A stretch of DNA of 33,722 bases. It comes from Macrostomum lignano. Taxonomy: Eukaryota. The stretch's first letter is position 1. Each line of letters starts with the position of its first letter. Where the stretch lies: positions 1 through 33,722 of the forward strand of contig NIVC01004839.1 of assembly GCA_002269645.1 (NCBI GenBank), in the 5' to 3' direction. Under the pieces are notes generated by a model. The model was not told the origin of the DNA. It ran no database searches and saw only the letters and a program-made list of their open reading frames with translations. Both the position numbers and the translations under genes were made by a program. Positions 1 to 11,683 of this stretch are shown here, piece by piece.

Positions 1-316
1 CTGTGCAGGTGCGCTTACATAACTCAGATGAGCTAAAACAGCGAGGTTCTTACTTACCTCTCTTACTGACTGATTAAACCAACCAAATAAGTAGCTGAAA
101 AAACAGCATTGCTAATTAATCTGGTGGGGTAGCGGCACTCAGGCATGCAAGAGTTATCTATTATAATATGATAATAAATTCCTTCCGACAACACCGGATC
201 AAATGAAACGGTATGCGAATAGAAAGAGGCTGCACTTTAAATAATAAAAGTAGAGCGATTCGGTTCCTGGAGACCAGGTTAAACGGACTGAAACCGCTTG
301 TTCTTAACGGCAGCGT

Positions 317-1243
317 GGCCCGCTGTACCCTCTATCGGTGTGGTCCTCCGGGTGGGGCGGCCCGCTGTTCCCTCTATCGGTGTGGTCCTCCGGTGGGGCG
401 GCCCGCTGTTCCTCTATCGTGTGGTCCTCCGGGTGGGGCGGCCCGCTGTACCCTCTATCGTGTGGTCCTCCGGGTGGGGCGGCCCGCTGTTCCCTCTATC
501 GTGTGGTCCTCCGGTGGGGCGGCCCGCTGTTCCTCTATCGGTGTGGTCCTCCGGGTGGGGCGGCCCGCTGTACCTCTATCGGTGTGGTCCTCCGGGTGGG
601 GCGGCCCGCTGTTCCCTCTATCGGTGTGGTCCTCCGGTGGGGCGGCCCGCTGTACCCTCTATCGTGTGGTCCTCCGGTGGGGCGGCCCGCTGTTCCTCTA
701 TCGGTGTGGTCCTCCGGGTGGGGCGGCCCGCTGTTCCCTCTATCGTGTGGTCCTCCGGGTGGGGCGGCCGCTGTTCCCTCTATCGGTGTGGTCCTCCGGG
801 TGGGGCGGCCCGCTGTTCCCTCTATCGGTGTGGTCCTCCGGGTGGGGCGGCCCGCTGTTCCCTCTATCGGTGTGGTCCTCCGGGTGGGGCGGCCCGCTGT
901 ACCCTCTATCGGTGTGGTCCTCCGGGTGGGGCGGCCCGCTGTTCCCTCTATCGGTGTGGTCTCCGGGTGGGGCGGCCCGCTGTACCCTCTATCGGTGTGG
1001 TCCTCCGGGTGGGGCGGCCCGCTGTTCCTCTATCGGTGTGGTCCTCCGGGTGGGGCGGCCCGCTGTTCCCTCTATCGGTGTGGTCCTCCGGGTGGGGCGG
1101 CCCGCTGTTCCCTCTATCGGTGTGGTCCTCCGGGTGGGCGGCCCGCTGTTCCTCTATCGGTGTGGTCCTCCGGGTGGGGCGGCCCGCTGTTCCCTCTATC
1201 GGTGTGGTCCTCCGGGTGGGCGGCCGCGCTGTTCACTCTATCG
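317..1243. repeat. 42-bp minisatellite, ~22 copies
   Basis: Unit GGCCCGCTGT(T/A)CCCTCTATCGGTGTGGTCCTCCGGGTGGGGC, recurring at 317 and 359 (period 42). Units differ mainly by scattered single-base deletions. The three long + ORFs over it are repeat translations. Confidence 0.97.
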
Positions 1244-1324
1244 CTAGTTGCTTAACTGAATCCCCTAATAGAAAATGTTGTCTACGCAACAGGAAGTTCC
1301 TGTCAGATTAAATGAATCGCAAAT

Positions 1325-1706
1325 TCACATAACCGTACAGCAGGCCTTCTTAGCACCGCTGGAGTCCTCTCTAGTACTGCTGCTTTTACTCTGCTTTTTA
1401 GCTGCCAGCTTTCTGCTCTGCTGAGTCTTCTTGGCGTCGGCTACGCTGACCGCCTCGGCGATGTACGGCGCGGCGGCGTTCAGCGTGGCGCGAGCAGACC
1501 TGAACTTCAACCATGTCAGCCGGAGCCGCAACCGGCGAGGCCAGACTGCTGCTGTCCAGCTGAGAACCTGGCCGCCGGCTACTGTCAGTAGGCAGCAGAG
1601 GGCTGTGACCGTTGGCTTTGCTAGCTGGCGAGGGCGCCGGTGCCGCCTCTTGGACTTCGCCAGCGTCCTCGTCCGCCTCGTCGTCGACAATGATGGCGGT
1701 GGTCAC
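1325..1706 (-). CDS. Terminal coding exon of an uncharacterised CaaX-terminated protein (one internal frameshift)
   Basis: Acceptor ccag|GTG at 1706 is in phase 0 with the upstream exon donor. Reads VTTAIIVDDEADED...RRPGSQLD...DMVEVQ, then shifts frame near 1500 into SARATLNAAAPYIAEAV...SSGAKKACCTVM*. Codons are GC3-rich in each assigned frame. Confidence 0.75.
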
Positions 1707-1880
1707 CTGGACAAGTGCATGCAGGCACGAGTGAAATTTGATGAGAAATTAAGCACACTAAAAGTACATTAAAAAGTAACTGTTTGATAAAAACAACTAA
1801 AAATTTGCAGTGGCCAGCGTTGTGGACTGAAACACGTTTTCAGGTTTTTAGTCAAATCGATCGGGGTCAAAGTTGGGGAC

Positions 1881-2441
1881 AAGGGATCGGGATCTAAAGA
1901 GGAAATTCACGGGATCGGAATCTTAGGAGGGAATTCAGGGGATCGGAATCTAAGGAGGGAATTCAGGGGATCTGGATTTAGGGAGGGGATTCAGGGGATC
2001 GGGATCTAAGGAGGGAATTCAGGGGATCGGGATCTAAGGAGGGAATTCAGGGATCGGGATTTAGGGAGGGGATCAGGATCTTGGGAGGGGAATCTAGGGA
2101 GCTGGATCTAAGGAGGGGATTCACGGATCGGGATCTAAGGACGGAGGGGATTCAGGATCAGGATCTTGGGAGGGGAATCTAGGGATCTGGATCTAAGGAG
2201 GAGAGTCAGGGGATCGGGATCTAAGGAGGGAATTTAAGTGATTGGGATCTAAGGCGTGGATTCACGGGATCGGGATCTAAGGAGGGAATTCAGGGATCGG
2301 GATCTAGAGAGGCGAATCAGGGGATCGGGATTCAGGGAAGGAATTCAGGGATCGGATTCAGGAAGGAATTCAGGGGATCGGATTTAGGGAAGGAATTCGA
2401 GGGATTGGGATCTAAGGAGGGAGGGATCGGGATTTAAGGAG
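1881..2441. repeat. 28-bp G-rich intronic minisatellite, ~20 degenerate copies
   Basis: Unit AGGGGATCGGGATCTAAGGAGGGAATTC, lying inside the 1707-2583 intron. Confidence 0.93.
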
Positions 2442-2583
2442 AGGATCCTGTAAGCCTAATAAATATGCAGGTTTCAACTAAAAAACTTGGGACACAATTT
2501 GGGAAATTGCAGCAAGTTTCCGCCAAAAGAAAGCTAGCTTGCCTGAAATTCTTTTCAGGAGTGATCAGAAATGCAGTCATTAC

Positions 2584-2932
2584 CTGGGTATCTGGCGAGA
2601 CAATGCACACTGTGTCCTCATTGATTCGCACGTGACCCTTGAGTTGCGCGCTCGGCTGCTGCTCGACCTGATCCCGGTGGGGGTGAGCGCAGCCGACACA
2701 CTATTATTGATGTCGGCGCCTCCGTCGACGCTCGAGTCGGCCAGAGTGGAGTCTGGCTTGTCGTTGGTCCGCGCCAGCCAGTTGGATAGAATTGCGGGAC
2801 ACGTGCGAGCCGCGCAGAATGGAATCGGCTCGCGGTCCAGCTGGCTTCCAGGCCGGAACGGATTGTCCCTATCGATTCTTCCTCTTCCACTCTGGTTAGC
2901 TTGGTCATTGCTGCTGGTTGCTATGGCAACTG
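2584..2932 (-). CDS. Penultimate coding exon of the CaaX protein (one frameshift at a GGG run near 2675)
   Basis: Acceptor ttcag|cag at 2933 (NAGNAG) and donor CAG|gtaatg at 2583. Translates VAIATSSNDQANQSGRGRIDRDNPFRPGSQLDREP...LTPTG, then (adding one G) DQVEQQPSAQLKGHVRINEDTVCIVSPDTQ, which joins in phase to VTTAIIVDD. Confidence 0.72.
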
Positions 2933-3032
2933 CTGAAGTGTAGATAAGCTAAACAACCTTATACTGATGCACTGGCCAGCATAGATGGCCATTAAAATAA
3001 ATACGGTCAGCATCTCTCGCCCAGCATAAGAG

Positions 3033-3263
3033 TAGGGATTGAAGCCTAGAGGTTAGAGTGTCGGAATCACGACTTGAAGGTCGGCGGTTCGAGTCCTGAT
3101 CCCAATGGAACAAATTGTAGCCTTGAGCAAGACACTTAAGTCTGTATTGCTTCCAGTTCACCCTGCTGTAAATGGGTGCCAGCATTAGCTGGGGTAATTG
3201 AGGGTGTTTGGGCGACCCCCCCCCCCCCAGTCCTTGGACCGAACAGCCGTACGCAGCCTTCAG
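3033..3263 (+). mobile_element. tRNA-derived SINE with CORE-like central domain, copy 1
   Basis: A-box-like AGCCTAGAGG and B-box GGTTCGAGTCC, followed by CCTTGAGCAAGACACTTAA...CAGTT...CTGTAAATGGG, which resembles the MIR/CORE domain. A second copy lies at 19874-20114. Confidence 0.85.
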
Positions 3264-5296
3264 AAGATGCACTGCGCAATAACTGCGGCTGAGCTGTCGA
3301 CTAGGCAGGTGTAATCAATTATTATTAAGTAGCCTACTGGGCCTTTCCTAAGCTTCCTAAGTGCTTACAAGTCTTGCTTACTGGCATCAACTTTGCTAAA
3401 GAAATTTACAAAATCTTCGAAGAAATAAGAGATATTTTTGTTATAAAAGTTACTAAACGAGTGTAGTTTCATATGAAGTTACAGAGTACTGTGCTTTCAC
3501 AAGACTTAATTTTCACATCGTCAAAGTTTTTAGCCTCTGATGAGACATTTACAGTGGAAAATCTAGCTCTAATTTTTGTGTCTCGTGAAGCAAACTAGGC
3601 TATACTAGAACAATGTTTCAGAGGCCATATAGAAGATTGGAATAAAAAAACTCTAAAGCCCTGGGACAGCGCGGCATGAGACCACAAAAATATGGGGCAA
3701 TGGTGGCGCCACCGCTGAGAATAGCTGAATATGTTGAATAGCAAAGGACGTGTGGCCAGTGGTCACTGGCCAGCTAAGCTGCACCGTAGCTGCCTCACTG
3801 CACACATCAATTAACAAGGCAAAGGCATTCGTGGGGTATTTTCTCTCATTCTTTATTGCAATTGTCCGTCTGTCTGCGACTCAGCAACTAAACTGCAGCC
3901 TCCATTGTTCGCTTTAAAACCTTAACTGACCTTTGCTAAGGCAGTCCTATATGGTTTAAAAATGCTTAGAGAAAATTGCTTAGTGGTGGCACAAGCGAAC
4001 AATTAAGGATATAAGAGAAGGGCGGCATAATTTGGTTTACTAGTAGGCACACACAGCAGATATAGATATGAATAAATTTGCAAAAGAGGTAACACTTTAT
4101 TCAGTTGCATTATGGTAGGGTGGGTAGCTAGCACAGAAAAAATTGGCGCCTTAGCCATCACTATTATCAATTCTTTTTTCTTTAAAACCAACAGAATGAA
4201 AAGAAAATTCATACTTTTAGTTAAACTACTCTAAGTAATAAACGAAAATACCAATTAAAAAGAGTGATGATTTAATAATAATGAGAATAAGCTTTTTTAA
4301 TCAATTTGTTTTTATCGAGTCTTGCTAACAACACAGCAAAAATAATGAGTGTTTCAGCCATTAATACTACCATATTAAAATGACAAAAATTAAAAGAAAT
4401 AGACTTGCTAATAAAGCTACTATAATTAGTAAATAAAATCTATTACTATTTAAAAATTATGATCTAATAATAAACATATAATCCAACAGAAGCTTTGTTA
4501 ATCAACTATTTTCATTACTTTTAAACTCTCAATCATACTACATATGCAGTTGGAACAAATCTAATAAAACTGCAAGACATAAATGATTATATGGTATAAC
4601 TACCATTAAGGTACTTCAAAATATAGCCCTACTTTGACCAAAGGATGGTTTTCTAGCTAGTAGTCTAATGCAATTCTGAAATTGTTTGATATACTAATGC
4701 ATCAAAGCTCATATATATAACCAAAAGAGAAGGTTAGCTTTCTCATGCATTTTAATATGTTTAAAATTAGATCTAGTCCAGTATATTTATAGCCAAAAAC
4801 AAGAGGATACTATAGTATATTCTAGAATAGGAATTTTGAAAACAATTTATATGCTATATCTATGCCTTAACCTTATTGCTAACTCTATATAAAAAATCAC
4901 CATTACTGTAGCCCTATATTAACTATAATAGCAAGGTTGGCCAAATATAATTTTAATCAATAGGCACTATGATTATGCATCAAATATTCTAAGAACTCCT
5001 TGTATAAATCATATTCTTCCATAGAAAAAAGCCTATGAGTTTTAGGCCTAAAGCAAGATTTCATTTTTAGTATATAGGATTAGGTCTATGGACTTATTGG
5101 AATATTTTATAGTTTTTTAATATTTATAGTTTTATAGCTTTAAATTTTGAAACTATATGCTAGGGTTTTACTTTTGTCTATAATTATCTCACTGATGCTA
5201 CCAAATTGTGTTAGGTCTACATGTATACATTTATTTCTAAGAATCAACTGTAAGATGCATTTTAATACATTTCTGATAGCATTACCAATTATTCTG

Positions 5297-6608
5297 TAAG
5301 GAATACTCTAAAAGTTTTGCAATTCAACCACTTGCACAAGTTGCATAATCTTTAAAATCTACCCTCTGTACATTAAACATGTACATAGTAATTACATCTA
5401 TTTTCAAGTAAATTCATATATACACACCTATAAAGCCCCTAGTCAAAGTCAGTGACTTCTTAACTATGCAGCTACAGCCATGGAATTGAATCCTGAGCAG
5501 AATCAGATACTGATTTGGTGTTGCCACAAGCAAAAACTCACAATGCTTGAGACTTATGCCAAGTTATTAATAACATTGGATGCTTAAGCACTATCATATG
5601 CTATAGTTACACACTGGTATCCCAAGTTGCAGACTGGCAAGACCAGCTTTTCTAACAACCCTTGACCTAGGAGACCTCTGACAGCAGTGAGAGAGGAAAT
5701 CATTGCTATAGAGCAGGAGCTGACCATCAAGATTGATGATCACCATAGACATGTTAGCTATGAATGTTGGCATTGGATCAGCAGTGGTTGATACAATTCT
5801 ATACAATCACCTGAGAGTTAAGAAGCTTTGTGCCTGATAGATACCCCACTTCCTGACAGATGCTCAGAAATAAGCCCAGCCCATATGGAGTTCTGCCAGT
5901 TTCTGATCAATCAATATGAAAATGAGAGCCATAAGTTCCATTTGAAGTTATCACTGGCAATAAGACATTTCTGTATCATTTTGACATTGAAAGAAAATGC
6001 AGCAATATAGAGTGGATACTTAAAGGTGGGCAACAACCCCTGAAAGCAAGGTGGTCCTAGTCCTAAGGCAAGTGGATATTTGCCATCTTCTTTAACTTAC
6101 AAGGCATTGTAGTAATGGTGAAACTAGAGGGTCAAGCTACTGTCACTACTCAATGGTACACTAAAGAATGCTTGCCAGTTGTGGTTGATAGCCTGACCTA
6201 GAGGGCACCAAGGATGGGAATGCAAGAGTGGAAGCTTCACCACGACAATGCCCCTGCTTACATGGCTATTGCAACTTCAAGAGTATTCCTAGACCAAGAG
6301 GGCATTGCAATGCTACCACACTCATCTTATTTACCAGACCTTGCCCCTGTGACTTTTGGCTCTTTCTGAAATCAAAAATTTGCTTAGGGGATGCAAGTTT
6401 CAGTCTAAGAAGGAGCTGGAGTAGGCAGCAAAGGAGGTGATTGATGGCATCCTAATTGAAGAGTTCTAGGGCCTCATGAACAAAGTGGATTGGATAAGTG
6501 CACAAATGTTTGCAGTTCTAAGGAGCCTATTTTGAAGGACTATAATAGAGAAATTTGACAGAAGTAACTTTAACTAGTCAACTTGCAAAACTTTTGGAAT
6601 ATCTCTCA
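5297..6608 (+). mobile_element. Decayed full-length mariner (Tc1/mariner) element, ~1.31 kb
   Basis: Degenerate TIRs TAAGGAATACTCTAAAAGTTTTGCAA (5297) and TTGCAAAACTTTTGGAATATCTCTCA|TA (6583-6610). Transposase remnants: CA**IPHFL (from CARWxPxxL), ITGNKT, HHDNAPA, YLPDLAP(C)DFWLF. Many stops and frameshifts. Confidence 0.9.
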
Positions 6609-7786
6609 TAGTAGCATTCTAATGTATTCTAGCCTGAGTGGTCCCACTATCATGTACTAGCTTACAATCTAGGCATTACACCATAGCTCTACTCTTTATA
6701 ACCCTTTTGCATTACTTTCCCACTTGCTTTCATTGCAAATCACTTCAAACCTTTTTTAGACTTCTTGTAAGTAACAATAGTTCTAATCTCTAAGTATATA
6801 TAGATTGAATTACTCAAGAATAAGCTTACAAAACAAGTCAGTTCATTTGTTATTAACTTGCTCCTATAATCATTTTCCTATATTTTTATAACAAAAACTA
6901 ATTTCAAATTATTTGTATTAGAAAATAAATAGGGAACTTAGTTTTGGTATTTTGTAAAATTTCAACTTCTATATTATGAATAAAATATCAGTGCATCTCA
7001 ACTGTTTATGGGACATATTATATACTAATACTAATCCTATACTTTGACACTAAGAGTTTAATTGCACATTAAAGAAGGTATCTATACTTTTCAATGTCTG
7101 CTTTTTGGTAACCTAGCATTTCGGTACTTAGTTTGCTTGTTGTTGTTAGTGCTTAAATCTATATACTAATCTGAAAAGTTTCTTTTATAATCTAGAATTA
7201 GATATAAAAAAATTGAAAGTAAGCCCTGATCTTACAATAAATCTTTTGTAGTATTTTTACCTTAAATAACTAAATAGTATTCATTTTGTTGAGCTGATAT
7301 GCTTTACAAATTTGAAAATTCTCTTTATTTAAATACATTTTGGTACAAAAAATGTCTTTTTATTACTTTTATATTTCTATATTTATTTTTTGTTTTCATG
7401 TTTTTGTGATAGCTTTAAACAAGGATTATATTTATATGAATTTAAATTTGGATTGTTGAATTACTATGCAAGTTGAATAGGCACTTATGATAATTTTATA
7501 ATCTCATCTTTTAGTCATTTTTTATACTAGAATAGGCCATAAAAAATCAATACTAAAATATTTGTCACATTTATAATTTTGATTGGAATTACATTTAGCA
7601 TCAGTGATTAATAGATTTTATCTTGACCTAAGTCTTCCTAGCACATGTTTGATATAGCCTTGTATACAGCTTATGTAATTTAATTAAACAATTTTTTTAA
7701 TTAAAAAAGCATCTAGCAGTTTAACAAAATGAATATAATACTTTTGTTTTAATCCAATCTATTTTTGTCCCTATCCTTTAGTATTA

Positions 7787-8400
7787 TCTCTACATATAAA
7801 AATCAAAACTCTGTCTGTCTGTCTGTCTGTCTGTCTGTGGACAATTTTGATCGCTATGGACTCCCAAACCGCTCAACCAAATGACACCAAACTTTACACC
7901 CACCCTAAACTTACTACGGAGAATGTCTTAGGCTACCTTTAAATTTCCTAGACTCAAGTCTTCCTACCTAAAAGTACAAAGAACTGCTCAAAATACGCGA
8001 TTTTGTCACTAAATCCTTCATAGCGCCGCTCCACTTCTACCGATTATCTTCAAATTTGACACAGACAATCTTCAACTATTTTGGCACAATTATGTAAAAT
8101 TTCGAGTCTCAAAGTTAATCCTGAGCGGTGCTGTGCACTTTTAAAATTTGGCTGTTTTTTTCAGCGTAGCAACCACCCCAACCTCTGACCGCCTGCCTCT
8201 CTTTCCCGATCTGGGCCCAGATGTGTAAAAGGGGTTTCAAAATTGACTAACTTTCAACTGCCATAACTTTGCTCCACGTAAAGCGATTGACTTCAAAATT
8301 GACACAATTCTTCATCGACTCATTCTCTATCTAAATGTTTCAACTCTGTAACTCAACCGAAAAAGAAACTGTAAGCATGTGAAGTTTGTCTGCTTTTTCT
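7787..8400 (+). mobile_element. Non-autonomous Helitron-like element, 5' part (3' end not established)
   Basis: Begins a|TCTCTACATATAAAAATC, followed by a (CTGT)n tract at ~7810-7838. Has repeated internal motifs of the ACCGATT...TCAAATTTGACAC type seen in invertebrate Helitron/DINE-like MITEs. It retains CpGs, unlike its left flank. Confidence 0.5.
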
Positions 8401-9009
8401 GTTGTTTGTGGCGCTCAACTCACTCATTCCCCCAGCCCAGACGAAGGGTCAGGCGATAGGGCTCAATGTACATAGCGAATGTACAGTGTTTTGGAATAAA
8501 TTTTTTATGGCCTTCTCTGCACCCCGCGCGTGGAGAGGCAACGTTTGACAGTTTAGCGAGAGATTCAAGCCACTGTCCTTTGTATAGACAAGTCTGCAGC
8601 AGTTTAACAGTGGATGGATGGCAAATCAAGGTGATGTGGGATGGTTTGTAAAAATAGCGAGAAATTAATAAATAACTGATTGCAATGCAATCCTACTAAA
8701 AGTTACACCACGAAAATTTTAACATTAAGATTCGCATAAAGTACTTCAAAATTTAAATGGTTCCTAAGAAATGCGCATTTCCTTGGTTGTTAGACTGCTG
8801 CAGAATGGTGATGGAGCTGGAGATACACAAATTCCTCTCAGGGCTGCAAATTGGCCAGAAAGATGACGTGATTAAAGCATGAGAAATGATAACAACCATG
8901 ATAGTACTACGTCCCGCAAACTGGCTTTCGAAGCAGGGATCGGCAGATTTTTACCTGAAAGGTAAAATCCAGCTTTTTATCCAGCTCATGGCTGCGGGCC
9001 AGATGAGAG

Positions 9010-9857
9010 TGAAAAGGAGAAGGAATAGACTATTAGAAAGAGAGGAGGGGCGAGAGGGGGTAAGAAAAAAGATAGACGATAATAAGAGAGACGAGGGGTA
9101 AGGAGAGAGCAGACAGCAGAGTATATGGGAGGAAGAAGCAAGAGGAGGGGAGAGAGGAGGGAAAGGAAATAGTAAAGGTGAGAAGAGGGAGAGAGAAGAG
9201 GGGAGAGATGAGACAGAGGATCGATGGGAGAGGAGAGTAGAGAAGAGTGAGAAGAGAGTAGAGATGAGAGATGAAGGAAGAGAGAGCAGAGTGCAGAGAG
9301 ACGGGAGAAGAGAATAGAGGGGAGAGAGTATACAAGAGGGGAAAGAGAAGAGTACACAGGAGAGAGGAGAGTAGAGATGACAGAAGGGAAAGGGGGATGA
9401 GAGAGCAAAGGTGAGAGTGAACAGACGATATATGAGAGAAGAGAGGAGAGTGGAGAGAGAAGAGAGAAGACAAGAGAGGGAGAGAGTATAGAAGAGGGAA
9501 GAGAAGAGAAGAGAAGAAAGGAGAAAGAAAAGAGAGGGGGAAAAAAGAGGGGAAAAAGAAGAGTACAGAGGAGAGAGGTGAGAGAACACACGAGTATAAG
9601 AGAGTAATGAGAGATGAGAGAGGGGAGATAAGAGAGCAGAAACAAGAGTGAACAGACGAGAGATGGGAGAGTAGAGAGAAAAGAGGAGAGGTGAGACAAA
9701 GGGAGAGAGAAGTGAGTGAGGAAGAGGAGGGGAGGAGAGGGAAGAGAATCGAGAGGACAGGGAAAGAGGGGAAAGGATGAGAGAGAGAGGAAAGAGGGGA
9801 AAGGATGAGAGAGGAGAAGACAGATGAGACAGGAGAGAGCAGAGAGCAGAGAGCAGA

Positions 9858-9939
<82 letters not shown>

Positions 9940-10165
9940 AAGCAGAGAGTAATGGGAAGAGATAAGAGAGAAAAGAGGTGAGGAAAGAGATGAGAGGAGA
10001 GAGTGGAGAGAGGAGAGGAGAGAGTTGAGAGAAGAGATGAGAAAGGGGAGAGGAGTAGATGAAGGAAGTGTTGAAAGGGTAGAGTAAGGAGTGAGAAGAG
10101 AAGAGAAGTAAGAGACAAGAGACGAGAGAGAAGAGAGGAAACAGAAGAGAAGATAGAAATTTCAA
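9010..10165. repeat. Purine-rich (GA) low-complexity tract containing pure (GA)~38 at 9862-9938
   Basis: The + strand is almost entirely A/G. The minus-strand L/S/P/F-rich ORFs are compositional artefacts. Confidence 0.95.
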
Positions 10166-11417
10166 AGGATCCAAGGGGCATAGGGAGACAGAGAGGCAGA
10201 TGCAGAGGCAGAGGCCAGCCAGACTGCCAGAGTTTGCCTGGCATTCTGCGCAGCACCCTAGCCAACAATATCAATGTTTGCCTCAAATCCTAATTTTACA
10301 CAAATGTGTACTCTATTTTATGTTTAACTCTTTCGTAACTATTAACAAGTTTTTGTTTGAGTTAGACCTCAGATTTTAGAATACATGCAAAAATAGTTCC
10401 GGGGATTGAAATTCCCCGGGTTCAAAATCCGCGGGTTTCAACAGCTTGTAAGATATATAAATAACAAATACTTATATAGATTAAAAAATAAAATTTAAGC
10501 ACTTTATTGAAAGAAAAATATATTAATAAACATTGGTAAAAATGGGGGCAAGTACCATTGATGCTCCTCCTTACCTTAAAAGTAGGAGCCATGACCCCCT
10601 TGCCCCCTCCTCATTCTAATGCATATAGAGTAAGTGGGTACCCTTTCTTTTTGTGGCTAGCAATGATGGTACCCTCTCCCTCTGCCCTAAAAAAGGTCTT
10701 CACTGCCCTTTGTAGTTTGCTCAATATAATGCCTTTAAGGATACCTTCTAGTGTAATTTAGTACCCCCTAGTATATTATGACAAATCCTCTAATATATAT
10801 TATAGCACTTCTCTAATGTACAAACTATATTAATGAGGCCCCTACTCATTTTTAAAATCTACCCCTTTATTTTATAATTCTAAATGCCTTTGGATTGTAT
10901 ATATATTATATATATATATGATTAAGGGCCTAGGCCTATTATATATTATTATAATTATTATATTATAACCATTATATGAGGTATCAACTTAGGAGTCAAG
11001 ACAAAACTTTTAGCAACCTACTATTAAAAATTGACTTTTGCTTTTGGCAAATTTATTTAGGCCTATTCTAAGATGGAATTCTTGTATTTAGCATGTCCAA
11101 TGTTCCAATTTATGACTTTTGGAATAAAGGTTGGACAATATTAAATTTTTAGATTTTTGAGACTCAAGCTCTATACTTTCAAGATATTCAAGATTTGATG
11201 GAGATTCAAGATTAAGCCTTATGCTTTGTGAACTACATTAAATTTTAAATAATGTTAAACTAAAACTAAATATTATAACTAAATATAAATTGTGCAATAC
11301 TTAGTATTTTTACCTTTATGATTAAGACTAGCAGTATCACTGTTTTGTAAACTACAAAATCTAAAAAAAAACTATAAAAATAGGCATTTTATACTTTTGC
11401 CATTTTGGTGTAATTTT

Positions 11418-11664
11418 TGTGAGCTATTGAGCTCTTAGCCATAAAAGAATTTACTTTGTGGCTGTTTCTATGGTTACAAACTCATTCCATTTGATACAGA
11501 CCACGACATTGAGAAGCATAAGCTATGCTGGTAAGTGGTATAAAATAAAAGGTTCCAAACACCTCGCTTATAGAGTGAGCAAATTTTATAGAAAGTAGCA
11601 AGCCAAGGGCTACTCATAAAAGTTGTCTTTGAATTTGTTATCATTCTTTGGCCAAAACCTAACA
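11418..11664 (+). repeat. 5' LTR
   Basis: TGTGAGC...CCTAACA; about 91% identical to 13003-13249 by hand alignment. Confidence 0.93.
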
Positions 11665-11665
11665 C

Positions 11666-11683
11666 TAGCAACAAGGATAGGAT
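11666..11683 (+). promoter_or_regulatory. Primer binding site (mutated), complementary to the tRNA-Ser(GCU) 3' end
   Basis: TAGCAACAAGGATAGGAT, one base after the LTR, versus the expected TGGCGACGAGGATGGGAT. Four differences, all G->A. Confidence 0.8.

Noticed and set aside
45-64. Strong minus-strand donor GAG|GTAAGT near 58
   Set aside because: It lies downstream of the predicted stop, with no supportable exon or frame at the window edge.
213-1311. Three overlapping 300+ aa ORFs
   Set aside because: Translations of a 42-bp stop-free repeat; no domain content.
1970-2395. TTAGGG hexamers as interstitial telomere
   Set aside because: Isolated variants inside the 28-mer, never tandem.
1500-2680. 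Programmed ribosomal frameshifting in the CaaX gene
   Set aside because: No slippery heptamer or downstream structure; the indel pattern is window-wide and fits sequencing error.
3040-3112. tRNA gene
   Set aside because: Has A/B boxes but no proper acceptor stem or 7-nt anticodon loop, and continues into a SINE body present twice.
8951-10286. 400-aa Leu/Ser-rich minus-strand ORFs
   Set aside because: Pyrimidine-only strands cannot form stops; compositional artefact.
10389-10420. Hairpin CCGGGGA-TTGAAAT-TCCCCGG as a terminator
   Set aside because: Eukaryotic context with no U-tract; probably a MITE remnant I cannot delimit.
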